From positions 87,296,001 to 87,360,000 of the forward strand of contig JAGIQG010000012.1 in assembly GCA_024679065.1 (NCBI GenBank): DNA of 64,000 nucleotides, written 5' to 3'. Shown in pieces: positions 36,575 to 49,605 of this stretch; position 1 is the first letter of the stretch, and every line of letters begins with the position of its first letter. This DNA comes from Sphyrna mokarran (taxonomy: Eukaryota). The translations under genes and the position numbers were made by a program. Below the pieces are notes generated by a model that saw nothing but the letters and a program-made list of their open reading frames with translations, searched no databases and had not been told where the DNA came from.

Positions 36575-38645
36575 TACTTATCAAGGAGCAGCTGCTGCGA
36601 GTCCTTGATAAGTATGTCCCTGTCAGGCGAGGAGGAAATGGTCGAGTAAGAGAGCCTTGGTGTACAAAAAAAGTTGATTTGTTGGTTAAAAGGAAAAAGG
36701 AGGCTTATGTCAGGATGAGGCTTGAAGGCTCGGTTAGTGCAATGGATAGCTATAGATTAGCCAGGAGGGAGCTAAAGAGTGAATTGAGGAGAGCTAAGAG
36801 AGGACACGAGAAGACTTTGGCTGATAGGATTAAGGAGAATCCTAAAGCTTTCTTTAGATATGTTAAGAATAGAAGATTGGTTAGGACAAGACTAGGGCCA
36901 GTCATAGACAGCAGTGGGAAGTTGTGCGTGGAGCCTGAAGAGATTGGAGAGGCACTGAATAAATATTTCTCTTCGGTATTCACGCAGGGTGATGTAAATG
37001 TAGTTATGGAGAACACTGAGGTACAGGGTAGCAAACTGGAAAGTATTGAAGTAGATAGGGAGGATGTGCTAGATATTCTCGAGGGTTTGAAGTTGGATAA
37101 GTCCCCTGGGCCGGACGGGATTTACCCTAGGATTCTCTGGGAGGCAAGAGAGGAGATTGCAGAGCCTCTGGCTCTGATCTTCAGGTCGTCGTTGGTTACA
37201 GGTGTGGTTCTGGAGGACTGGAGGATAGCGAATGTGGTCCCATTGTTCAAGAAGGGGAAGAGAGACCTTCCAGGGAATTATAGGCCAGTGAGTCTTACTG
37301 GGCAAAGTTGTGGGCAAAGTATTGGAGAGAATTATTGGGGATCGGATTTATAGTTATTTAGAGAGAAATGAATTGATTGGGGATAGTCAGCATGGTTTTG
37401 TGAAGGGTAGGTCGTGCCTTACTAACCTCATTGAGTTTGTTGAAAAAGTGACTAAAGAGGTGGACGGGGGTAAGGCGGTTGATGTGGTATATATGGACTT
37501 TAGTAAGGCGTTTGATAAGGTGGCCCATGGAAGACTTCTGCAGAAAATGCAGATGTATGGGATAGAGGGTGATTTAGCTAATTGGGTTAGGAATTGGCTA
37601 GCAGATAGAAGACAGAGGGTGGTGGTTGATGGGAGATATTCATCGTGGAGTTCGGTGACAAGTGGTGTACCTCAGGGGTCTGTTTTGGGGCCCCTGCTGT
37701 TTGTAATTTTTATAAATGATCTGGATGAGGGTATTGAAGGATGGATTAGTAAATTTGCAGATGACACTAAAGTCGGTGGAGTGGTAGATAGTGAAGAGGG
37801 GTGTTATAGTTTGCAGAGGGACTTGGACAAGTTGCAGAGCTGGGCCGAGAGGTGGCAAATGGAGTTTAATGTGGAAAAGTGTGAGGTAATGCACTATGGC
37901 AGGAATAATAAATGTGTAGAGTATAGGGCTAATGGTAGGATTCTTAGTAGTCTTGATGAACAGAGGGATCTTGGTGTGTATGTGCATAGATCCCTGAAAG
38001 TAGGCAGTCAAGTTGAGAAGGTTGTTAAGAAGGCATATGGAGTCTTAGCATTTATTGGTAGGGGGATTGAATTTCGGAGCCGCAACGTCATGTTGCAACT
38101 GTACAAAACTCTAGTGCGGCTGCACTTGGAGTATTGTGTGCAGTTCGGGTCCCCACATTATAAGAAAGATGTGGAGGCTTTGGAGAGGGTACAGAGGAGG
38201 TTTACCAGGATGTTGCCTGGTATGGAGGGCAGGTCTTATGAGAGAGGCTGAGGGATTTGAGGTTGTTTTCGTTAGAAAGGAGGCGGCTAAGAGGGGACCT
38301 TATCGAAACATATAAGATGATTAGAGGTTTAGATAGGGTGGACAGTGATAGCCTTTTTCCTAGGATGGAGAAAGCTAGCACGAGGGGACACAGCTTTAAA
38401 TTAAGGGGTGATAGTTATAGGACGGATATCAGAGGTAGGTTCTTTACCCAAAGGGTGATTCGGGAGTGGAATGCCCTGCCTGCAGCAGTTGTAGATGCGC
38501 CAAGTTTGGTGGCGTTTAAGAGGTTAGTTGATAAGTATATGGAAGAGAAGGGAATGGTTTAGTTTGGAGGGGCATTGCTTTTTATATTGGTCGGCACAAC
38601 ATCGAAGGCCGAAGGCCTGTTCTGTGCTGTAATGTTCTATGTCCT
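36575..38645 (+). mobile_element. Young 5'-truncated CR1 nested in opposite orientation
   Basis: ORFs 36478-38562 end KYMEEKGMV; host RT resumes at CAAAGTGAATCACC. Confidence 0.92.
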
Positions 38646-40868
38646 ACTATGTTCAAAGTGAATCACCTCACACTTATCCGTATTGAATTCCATTTGCCAC
38701 CTCACGGCCCAACTCTGCAACCTATCTATGTCCCTCTGCAAACTGTAACATCCATCCTCGCTATCTACAACTTCCCACACTTTAGTATCGTCAGCAAATT
38801 TACAAATCCAACCCTCTACACCCTCATCTAGGTCATTTATAAAATTGACAAACAGCAGTAGCCCTAAAACAGATCCTTGAGGTACACCACTTGTAACTGC
38901 ACTCCAGGTTGAATATTTCCCATCAACCACCACCCTCTGTCTTCTATAAGCTAGCCAATTCCTAATCCAAACTGCTAAATCACCTTCAATCCCATGCATC
39001 TGCACTTTCTGCAGTAGCCTACCATGGGTAACCTTATCAAACGCTTTGCTAAAATCCATATACACTACATCAACTGCCTTACCCTTATCTACCTCTTTGG
39101 TCACCTCCTCAAAAACTCAATAAGGTTTGTGAGGCACGACCTACCCTTCACAAAACCGTGCTGACTATCCCTAATCAATTTATTCCTCCCTAGATGCTTA
39201 TAAATCCTATCCCTTATAATTCTTTCCAAGACCTTGCCCACAACAGAAGTCAGGCTCACCGGTCTATAATTTCCAGGATGGTCCCTACTCCCCTTTTTGA
39301 ACAAAGGAACAACATTTGCCATCCTCCAGTCTTCCGGCACTATACCTGTAGCTAACGACGACATGAAGATCAAAGCCAAAGGCTCTGCAATCTCCTCTCT
39401 AGCCTCCCAGAGAATCCTCGGGTAAATCCCATCTGGCCCAGGGGACTTATCAATTTTCATACCCTCAAGATTCGCTAACACCTCCTCCTTATGAACCTCA
39501 ATCCTACCCAGTCTACAACCTGGTATCGCAGTATTCTCCCGACAACATTGTCTTTCTCCTGAGTGAATACTGACGAAAAATACTCATTCAGTGTCTCTCC
39601 TATCTCCTCAGGCTCCACACACAATTTCCCACTGCTATCTCTGACTGGCCCTAATCTTGTCCTAACCAATCTTTTATTATTTATATACCTGTAAAAAGCT
39701 TTAGGATTCTCCTGAATCCTATCCGCCAAAGTCTTCTCGTGTCTTCTTCTAGCTCTTCTCAACTCCCTCTTTAGCTCCTTCCTGGCTGATTTATAGCTCT
39801 CTATTGCCCTAACTGAGCCTTCACATCTCATCATTATATAAGCCTCCTTCTTCCTCTTCACCAGAGATTCAACTTCCCTAGTACACCATGGTTCCCTCAC
39901 TCGACCACTTCCTCCCTGCCTAGCAGGTACATATTTATTACGGACATGCAGAAGCTGTTCCTTAAATATGCTCCACATTTCAGATGTCCCCAGCCCTTGC
40001 AATATCCTGCTCCACCCTATGCATCCTAAATCTCTCCTAATAGCCTCATAATTACCTTCCCCCAGCTATAACTACTGTTATTCGGTACGTGCCCATCCCT
40101 TTCCATCACTAAGGTAAACGTAACCGAATTGTGGTCACTATCACCAAAGTGCACACCCATCTCCAAGTCTAACACCTGGTCTAGTTCATTACCCAATACC
40201 AAATCCAATATAGCCTCACCTCTTGTTGGCCTATCTACATACTGACTCATGAAACCTTCCTGCACATGTTGAACAAAAACTGACCCCTCTAACATACTTG
40301 AACTATAGCTTTTCCAATCGATATTAGAAAAGTTAAAGTCCCCCATTACAACTATCCTGTTACTTTCACACCTATCCAGGATCAACTTTGCAATCCCTTC
40401 CTCTACTTCTCTGGAACTTTTTGGAGGCCTATAAAAACTCCCAACAGTGTGACCTCTCCTTTCTTGTTTCTAATCTCAGCCCACACTACCTCAGCAGACA
40501 AGTCCACATCAAACGTCTTTTCTGCCACCGTAATGCTGTCCTTAACTAACAATGCCACTCCTCCCCCTCTTCTACCACCACCTCTGCTCTGATTGAAACA
40601 TCTGAACCCCGGAACCTGCAACAACCATTCCTGCCCCTGCTCTATCCACGTCTCTGAAATGGTCACAACATCGAAGTCCCAAGCACCAATCCAGGCTGCA
40701 AGTTCATCCACCTTATTGCGTATGCTCCTCGCATTAAAGTATACACATTTCAAACCACCCTCCCGTTTGCCACTATACTGCTGCGACCTAGAAACCTTAT
40801 CCGTGACCTCCCTATTCACATCCTCCTGTATACTGGCACAACAATTCAGGTTCCTATCGCCCCCCGAA

Positions 40869-41789
40869 TCAGTTTAAACCCCCCCGAATAGCACTGGTAA
40901 ATTTACCCCCCAAGATATTGGTACCTCTCCGGTTCAGGTGCAGACCATCCCTCTTGTAGAGGTCCCACCTTCCCCAGAATGAGCCCCAATTGTCCAAATA
41001 CCTGACCCCTTCCCTCCTGCACCATCCCTTTAGCCACGAGTTCAAATGTTCTCTCTCCCTATTCTTTTCTATGCTATCCTGCGGCACAGGTAACAAACCA
41101 GAGATAACCACTCCGTTAGTTTTAGCCCTAAGTTTCCACCCTAACTCTCTGAATTCCTGCTTTATATCCCCATCCCTTTTCCTACCTACATCATGAGTAC
41201 CTACATGCACCACAACTTGGGGCTGGTTCCCCTCCCCCTTAAGGATCCCGAACACTCGGTCAGAGATATCACTGACCCCAGCGCCCAGGAGGCAACATAC
41301 CAACCGCGAGTCCCGCTCCTTCCCACAGACTCTCCTATCTATCCCCTTAACTAGGGAGTCCCCAATCACTAATCCAGATCTTTTCTTCCCCCTTCCCACC
41401 TGAGCATCAAGGACAGGCTCAACTCCCGAGACCTGTACTCCATGGCTTACCCCGGTTGTGTCTACATCCCCAACAGCATCCAAAGCAGAATACTTATTGC
41501 TTAGAGGAACAGCCTCAGGGGAACTCTGCACTGACTGCTTCTTACCCCTTCTAACAGTCACCCATGTATCACATTTAGGAGCAACTATCTCCCTGTAGCT
41601 TTTATCAACAGCCATCTCTGCTTCCCTAATAATTCTTAATTCCTCCAGTTCCAGCTCCAGGTCCCTAACACGGTCCTCAGGGAGGTGGAACTGGATGCAC
41701 CTCTGGCAGGTGTAATCAGCTGGGACACTACCAGTGTCCCTCACCTCAAACATCCCACAGGAGGTACATCGCACTGCCTGCACTGCCAT
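40869..41789 (-). CDS. CR1 ORF1p (Zn finger, leucine zipper, SGNH esterase)
   Basis: CTSC..CQRC, LELELEEL heptads, GDSL, HVGTHD and DGLH; 306-aa open frame. Confidence 0.85.
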   Translation of the reverse strand: MAVQAVRCTSCGMFEVRDTGSVPADYTCQRCIQFHLPEDRVRDLELELEELRIIREAEMAVDKSYREIVAPKCDTWVTVRRGKKQSVQSSPEAVPLSNKYSALDAVGDVDTTGVSHGVQVSGVEPVLDAQVGRGKKRSGLVIGDSLVKGIDRRVCGKERDSRLVCCLLGAGVSDISDRVFGILKGEGNQPQVVVHVGTHDVGRKRDGDIKQEFRELGWKLRAKTNGVVISGLLPVPQDSIEKNREREHLNSWLKGWCRREGVRYLDNWGSFWGRWDLYKRDGLHLNRRGTNILGGKFTSAIRGGLN

Positions 41790-42682
41790 CCCTATTACTT
41801 CCTTTACCCAGAAACAAATATAAACTTAAACTTACCTGCTCACACTGCTAGTCTCCTTTTTTTATTAGGTTAGAGGAGGGGGGAGGGTTGGCATACTCTA
41901 CACGTGTAGAGTATCCGGATTCTTCACCTTCCCAATTTATGGAGGTCCAGGTGGAAAAAAAAACTCCTGCACAGGCCTCCCTGTGACTACTTCCTGTTTC
42001 CGGTTTTAAGAGTTAAAAATAAAACCAGACACGATTTTGGAAAGAAAACAGAAATTTACTCACAGCTCTCCTCACACCAGCCGCTCCCAAGGAACAAACA
42101 CATGCTGATGTTCAAGCCGTGAGGGGGTGGGGGTGGGGAGTGGGGTGGGTGGAGGGTGAGAGTTCCAATCAGTCCCCATGTTGTCAGTTTTCTCTCCTCT
42201 TTAACACTCTGCCCAGGATCGAGTTTCTGGTTATTTGTCCTCATGTCTCTTTCTTTGCTTTTAGGTTATTTTCTCTGTTGACAATCCTGTGAGGATTTTC
42301 CTCGTTTAAGGGGCTATATAAATACTGGTTGTTGTTATTACCAAGAGACAGAGGATTTGATTCCGGTGATTTTCAATAAATGTTCCAACTATCTACATTT
42401 CTGTAACTATTGTCTCTCTCACTGTGTGAATTCTTCATGTTAAACCAGCTTATTGTAGGGAGCTTCACACAACAAATGATAAACCTCACTTATAACAGTT
42501 CCACCCAGGAAAGGGAGTAACCACTGGCTCATTGCTTTTCTCTTTATCTACACTTTAACTTTATTCGCTGGTGAAGAAAAGGATATGAAACCAGCTGCAG
42601 TTGTTGGGACATTTTGTGTTTCAATGTGTTTACTGGACACACAATAAACGGTGTGGAGAAACAGGATTGTCACTCTGTCGAG

Positions 42683-42734
42683 ATGATCAGTAAAACTCTT
42701 TTTGTTCTAACTCTGTCTCTCTGTGTTTCTGGGG
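42683..42734 (+). CDS. Signal-peptide exon L3 (coding sequence identical to L1/L2)
   Basis: Same 52 nt; donor is GTAATT (+5 G>T). Confidence 0.78.
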
Positions 42735-43026
42735 GTAATTACAAGTTATGGTTTGGTTTGGAGAAGTTTCACTTGTGATTAAAATAACTCTCCCTGGTTT
42801 GTGCTGCTGTGTGTGTCAGCTCCTGTATTGTGTGTGGATTCCACAGTTAGAACATTCAGAACTGGATATGAGTCTTACAGGAGAATTTATCATTGTATTG
42901 AGATAGTTTAGTGTATCTGACACAGAATTACACAGACTGGGAACACGGATCACAGAACTGAGTGTTCCATCATTCTTTCCAGTTTAATGGGACCATGGGT
43001 TTGACTGACAGTCTGTACATTAATTG

Positions 43027-43190
43027 AACATAGAACATAGAACATTACAGTGCAGAACAGGCCCTTCGGCCTTCGATGTTGCGCCGACCAATTAGGAACA
43101 AGCAGTGACCCTCTAACCTAAACCATTCCCTTTTCATCCATAAACTTATCTATTAACCTCTTAAACGCCACCAAACTTGGCGCATCTACA
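43027..43190 (-). mobile_element. Short CR1 3' end with AATTG target-site duplication, specific to copy 3
   Basis: Empty site ACATTAATTGGG in copies 1 and 2. Confidence 0.88.
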
Positions 43191-46039
43191 ATTGGGTGTA
43201 TTTGTGGGCACTGTGAGGCAGCAGTATTAACCACTGTGCCACCGTTCCACTCCACCACTAGCAACACTCCCCCACCTCCTGTTTTTTATTTTTCTGAACT
43301 TCTGCAATGTTGACTATCCTTGAATATTCAATCCCCGGCCTTGGTCACCCAGCTGCTGTGTCTCTGTAATGCCGATCATGTCATTTCTTAATTTTTCAAA
43401 GATTTTGCGTTACCCCAGGATATTTTCCTTTCCTGTTGCTGCTGCCACAGTGTTTAGCACTGCTGCTTCACACTGTCAGGGACCCGGGCTCAATTCCAAA
43501 CATGCCTGTCTGGAGTTTGCATGTTCTCCCAGTGTCTGTGGGGGTTTCCTCTGGGGGTTCTGATTTTCTCCCACATTCCGAAGAGGTCCAGACAGAGGTT
43601 TCAGATCAGATTGGAAATGACAGTATAACTATTACACAGCAACAAGCCACATCCTGTCATCAAATCTACATAATCACCAGTTACACCCAAACCTCAACAC
43701 CATGACAAGTGAATTACAGATTGTAATGTCTAAGGTGTGTTTCCCTCACCGTTCAGTGATAATCCCACAGCATCATGGTCAATCCTTCTTCCTTTGTCTG
43801 GAGAACTTCATTGTGTCTCTAACCAGCTCATTCCCTATTACCCCAAGACTGCTCTGACCTGGATGTTGTTTTGTGTCAATAGATCTGATTGTTGTCCCTG
43901 TCCTTATTCTTGTGTTCCACCTTAGTTTCTCAAAGTTTTTGTGTTATCCCAGAATATTTTCCTTTCCTGTTGCTGTTATGGTGGCACAGTGATTGGCACT
44001 ACTGTCTCACAGTGTCAAGGACTCAGGTTCAATTCCAAATTTGGGTAACTGTGTGGAGTGTCACGTTCCCTCCATGTCTGCGTGGATTTGTTCTGGGTGC
44101 TCTGGTTTCCTCTCACAGTCCAAAGATGTGTGGATAATGTGGATTGGTCATGGGAAATTGCCCCTTAGTGTCAGGATGATTAGCAGGGCAAATACATGGA
44201 CTCATTGTTCCCTGGAGCAAGTTGAGTGGAGGAGTGATTTGTGACTGGTGCAATACAGTAAGCGATTGAATCTATTTTTAATTTTTCGCAGGTTTTTTTT
44301 CTTTTTGCCAGTAGTTTAACTTTAAAATGGAATTAAGTCGCGGGATGAGCTGGGATGGGCACGCGTTATATAAAAGGAAGGCTGCACCATACAGCGGGCA
44401 GCGTCAGGAGCGGGCAATGGAGTGAGAGGGAGCAGAGTGAAGGCTGAAAGGTCTTTGTCTCAATGGGCTGCGGCAAAAACAGGCAGAGACAGGGTAGGTT
44501 GTGGTTTTGGTTCTTTCAAAAATATAAAGGAGAGGGTAAGTATGAGTGAGAGGCCAGTTTGTTTCGGTGTCGGATGTGGGAGTTCCTGGAGATACCTAGC
44601 CTCCCGGAAGTCCATATCTGTGCCAGGTGGGTGGAACTGCAACTCCTGAGGGACCGTGTCAGGGAACTGGAGCTGTGGCTCGATGACCTTAGTTTAGTCA
44701 GGGAGAATGAGGAATTAATAGAGAGAAGTTATAGGCAGGTAGTTATACAGGGGCCTCGAGAGAAAGACACGTGGGTCACGGTAAGGAAGGGTAAAAGTCA
44801 GAAGGCTGACATACCAGGGAATACCCCAGTGACTGTCTCCCATAACAGTAAGGCCTGGGTGACAGATAGGATAGGGGAGGGGAGTGAGCAGCCAGTGAAT
44901 GGGATCCCCGTGGTTGTCCTCCTCCAAAAGAGGTATATTGTTTTGGATACTGTGGAAGAGGATGACCCTCCATGGGTAAGCTATAATGACGTGATCGTTG
45001 GCATGGAGACAGAAGGGAAAGAGGGGGATGAAGAGAGCAATAGTGGTGGGGGACGCGATGATTAGAGGCACACAGGCGGTTCTGTGAGCACGAACGAGAC
45101 TCCAGGATGGTAGTCTGCCTCCCTGGTGCCGAGGTTCTGGACGTCTCTGAGCAGATAGGAAGCGTATTAAAAAGGGAAGGTAATCAAACAGATGTCATTG
45201 TGCACATTGATGAAAATAGCATAGAAAGAAAGAGCAGGGGGGTCCTACGAGAGCAATTCGGGGAATTGGGTGCTAGGCTAAAAAGTAAGACCCACAAAAC
45301 CAAAACAAAAAAAAAACAAACACAAAAAACCCACATTGCACTGTACAAAACTCTAGTGCGGCCGCACTTGGAGTATGTGTGCAGTTCTGGTCCACATTAT
45401 AAGAAAGATGTGGAGCATTGGAGAGGTACAGAGGAGGTTTACAGGATGTTGCCTGGTATGGAGGGCAGGTCTATGAAGAGAGGTTGAAGGATTTGAGGTG
45501 TTTTCGTTAGAAAGGAGGCGGTAAGGGGACTATTGAACATATAAGATATTAGAGGTTTGATAGGGTGACAGGATAGCCTTTTCCTAGAGGAAAAGCTAGC
45601 ACGAGGGGACACACTTTAAATTAAGGGGTATGAGTTATAGGACGGATATCAGAGGTAGGTTCTTACTCAAAGAGGATTAGGGAGTGGAATGCCCTGCCGC
45701 AGCGTTGTAGATCGCCAAGTTGTGGCGTTTAAGAGGTTAGTTGATAATATATGGAAAAAATGGTTTATTAGGAGGGCATTGCTTTTTATTTTGGTCGGCA
45801 CAACATCGAAGGCCGAAGGGCCTGTTCTGTGCTGTATTGTTCTATGTTCTATGTTCTATGTTCTACGGTAGCAATCCCTGGACTGCTCCCAATGCCTAGT
45901 GTTAGTGAGGCTAGGAACAGGGAGATTGTACAATTGAATGCGTGGCTAAAGGACTGATGCAGGAGGGAGGATTTCAAATTCGTGGATCACTGGGAGGTCT
46001 TCAAGAGAGGATGCACCTGTACAAGAAGGATGTACAAGA

Positions 46040-47155
46040 CGGCCGGAATACTGTAGAGGGGAGTTATAGGATAAAAGGTAAAACTATCCGGAGTATAGAG
46101 ACTCAGAGAGACCTGGGGGTGCTGGTTCACATGTCTCTGAAGGTGGCAGTACAGGTGGAAAAGGTGATAAAGAAAGCGTATGGTATGTTAGCCTTCATAG
46201 GAAGGGGTATAGAATACAAGAGTAGGAGTCTGATGTTGCAAGTGTATAGAACGTTGGTTAGGCCTCACTTGGAGTACTGCGTCCAGTTCTGGTCGCCGTA
46301 CTACAGGAAGGATGTGGAGCCCTGGAGAGAGTGCAGAGGAGATTTACCAGGATGCTGCCTGGTATGGAAGGGCTGTCTTACGAGGAAAGGTTGAACGTAC
46401 TGGGGTTGTTTTCCCTTGAAAGACGTCGGCTGAGAGGGGATCTATTAGAGGTATATAAGATTATGAGGGGTATAGATAGAGTAAATGGTGGTAAGCTTTT
46501 TCCACCATTAGATTCGGATAGAACGAGGGGTCACGGCCTTAGGGTGAGGGGGGCTATGTATAAGACTAATATTAGAGGGCATTTTTTCACACAAAGGGTA
46601 GTGGGGGTGTGGAATGCACTACCGAGTAAGGTGGTGGGAGCAGGCACGCTAGGGTTGTTTAAGGGTCTCTTGGACAGCCACATGAGCGGTCTGCAGATAG
46701 AGGGATATATGAGGACTGTTTAAATACTTTAATTGTTTCCACAGGCTATTCGGTCCACCTTGTTGACCAACAAGGTGCATGCATTCGGCAGGTCGTGCGA
46801 GGGCTGCTCCTGGAGGTTACTTCAGGAGTGGCCTAGTGCTTCACGTCGTTAGTGTATGCTTAAACTGGACCATCAGATGGGCAACATGACAGCTCAGAGA
46901 CTATCGCTGTTGCTGTGCAGACACATGGATTTGGGCCTGTGTCTGCGGGAGTTTGTGCGTTCTCCCCGTGGTTGCGTGGGTTTTCTCCGGGTGCTCCGGT
47001 TTCCTCCCACATCCCAAAAATGTGCTGTTAGGCTGATTGGGTAACAAATTGTCCCTATATTGGTCTCTATATGTCATTAAGATGATAGGACGCGGGCTCG
47101 TTGGGCCGAAGGGCCTGTTTCCCGTGCTGTGTTGTTCTTTGTTCTTTGTTCTTTG
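46040..47155 (+). mobile_element. CR1 3' end whose UTR contains a V-SINE-derived segment
   Basis: RT to 46723, unique spacer, degenerate SINE head, V-domain, (TTCTTTG)n. Confidence 0.85.
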
Positions 47156-48171
47156 TTTATACCCGAACTGGAAGGGCACCAATGTTCTGGCTCCCTATCC
47201 TTCCTTTTTACAGGCACATGCCTGTCCTGCAGCCCCATCAACTGCTCCTTAAAAGACACCCACATGCCAGATGTGGATTTACTCTCAAACAGCCTCTTCC
47301 AATCAACGGCCACGAATTCCTGCCTAATCCAGCTATAGTTAGCCTTTCCCCAATTTAGCACCCTACCCGTAGGACAACACTTTGCTAGAGGGTTTAAACT
47401 AATGTGGCAGAGAGACTGGGGACGAGCTCAGGGCCAGGACGAGGCTAGCTAAGAGGAAGAGCATTCTGGAAAAGGATGACCTCACTGGGCGTGGAGGTCT
47501 GGAGTGTGTCTGCTTCAATGCGAGGATTGTAACGGGTAAAACAGATAAACTTAGGGCCTTAATGCTTCCGCAAAATTTGGATGAAGTTGAGGTGACAGAG
47601 ACTTGGTTAAAAGTATAGGATTGGCAGCTGAATATTCCAGGGTATAAGTGTTTTCGGTGAGACAGAGGAGGGGCTAAAAGAGGTGGGGGAGTAGCAATAT
47701 TAGTCAGGGAGCATATTACAATGGTGTAGAGGGTGGACAATTTAGAGAGATATTGTAACGAAGCGCTGTGGGTGGAGCTCACAAACAGGAAGGGCGCAGT
47801 CACTATGATGAGGGTGTATTACAGGCTACCCAACAGCCCACGGGAAATGGAGGAATGGATATGTAAGGAGATTCTGGATAGGTACAGAAAAAATAGGGTT
47901 GTTGTAGTGGGAGATATTAATTTCCCTGGTACAGACTGGAAAGTGCTTAGGGCTGAGGGTCTGGACAAGGTGAAGAATTTGTAAAATGTGTACAGGAAGG
48001 TTCTTTGGAACAACATGTAGATAGCCCAACTAGAGAGAGGGGGTTATACAGGACCTAGTACTGAGGAATGAGCCCAGTCAGATTGTCAAAGTTTCAGCAG
48101 GGGAACATGTTGCAAATAGTGACCACAATTCTGTAAACTTTAGGATAGTAATGGAAAAGGATAAGTGTTAC

Positions 48172-49505
48172 AACAAAGAACAAAGAGCAACACAGCACGG
48201 GAAACAGGCCCTTCGGCCCAACGAGCCCGCGCCGCCATCCTAACGTCCTAATGACATATCCTTGTCTTTAGGCTATGCCTATTGTTGAAGATTCCCATAT
48301 AGGGACCAATATAGGGACAATTTGTTACCCAATCAGCCTAAGAGCACATTTTTGGGATGTGGGAGGAAACCGGAGCACCCGGAGAAAACCCACGCAACCA
48401 CGGGGAGAACGCGCAAACTCCCGCAGACACAGGCCCAAATCCATGTGTCAGCACAGCAACAGCGATAGTCTCTGAGCTGTCATGTTGCCCATCAGATGGT
48501 CCAGTTTAAGCATACACTGACGACGTGAAGCACTAGGCAACTCCTGAAGCAACCTCCAAGAGCAGCTCTCGCACGACATGCCGCATGCATGCCCCTTGTT
48601 GGTCAACAAGGTGGACCGAATTGCCTGCGGAAACAAATAAGACTTAATTAAACATGCTAAAAAAAACTAAGACATTCCCGAAACTAAAAGATAGTCTACT
48701 ACTATTTGGTCCTCCCGATATTCAAACAGTCCTGCTATATCCCTCTATCTGCAGACCGCTCATGTGGCTGTCCAAGAGACCCTTAAACAACCCTAGCGTG
48801 CCTGCTCCCACCACCTTACTCAGCAGTGCATTCCACACCCCCACTACCCTTTGTGTGAAAAACTGGCCTCTAATATTCGTCTTATACATAGCCCCCCTCA
48901 CCCTGAGCCCGTGACCCCTCGTTCTATCCATTTCTAATGGTGGAAAAAGCTTACCACCATTTACTCTATCTATACCCCTCATAATCTTATATACCTCTAA
49001 AAGATCCCCTCTCAGCCGACGTCTTTCAAGGGAAAACAACCCCAGTGTTTTCAATCTTTCCTCGTAAGACAGCCCTTCCATACCAGGCAGCATCCTGGTA
49101 AATCTCCTCTGCACTCTCTCCAGGGCCTCTACATCCTTCCGGTAGTACGGCGACCAGAACTGGACGCAGTACTCCAGATGAGGCCTAACCAACGTTCTAT
49201 ACACCTGCAACATCAGACTCCTACTCTTGTATTCTATACCCCTTCCTATGAAGGCTAACATACCATACGCTTTTTTTACCACATTCTCCACCTGTACTGA
49301 CACCTTCAGAGACTTGTGAACTTGCACCCCCAGGTCTCTCTGCATCTCTATACTCCGGATAGTTTTACCTTTTATCCTATAACTCCCCTCTACATTATTC
49401 CGGCCAAAATGCATCACCTCGCATTTATCCGGATTAAATTCCATTTGCCATCTATCTGCCCAATCTACCAGCCTATCTATGTCATGTTGTATTGCCAGGC
49501 ACTGC
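48172..49505 (-). mobile_element. Second copy of the SINE-containing CR1 family
   Basis: ORF 48722-49500 nearly identical to 45942/46331; same UTR layout. Confidence 0.85.
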
Positions 49506-49605
49506 NNNNNNNNNNNNNNNNNNNNNNNNNNNNNNNNNNNNNNNNNNNNNNNNNNNNNNNNNNNNNNNNNNNNNNNNNNNNNNNNNNNNNNNNNNNNNNN
49601 NNNNN
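49506..49605. other. Assembly gap (100 N)
   Basis: Run of N. Confidence 1.

Larger units (their letters stand above)
35814..42095 (-). mobile_element. Full-length CR1 LINE with AAACA target-site duplication, interrupted by a younger CR1
   Basis: 5'UTR, ORF1 40869-41789, ORF2 pieces 38637-40819 and 35902-36549, and tail. AAACA at 35809-13 and 42096-100; the empty site is visible at 33711-33725. Confidence 0.93.
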
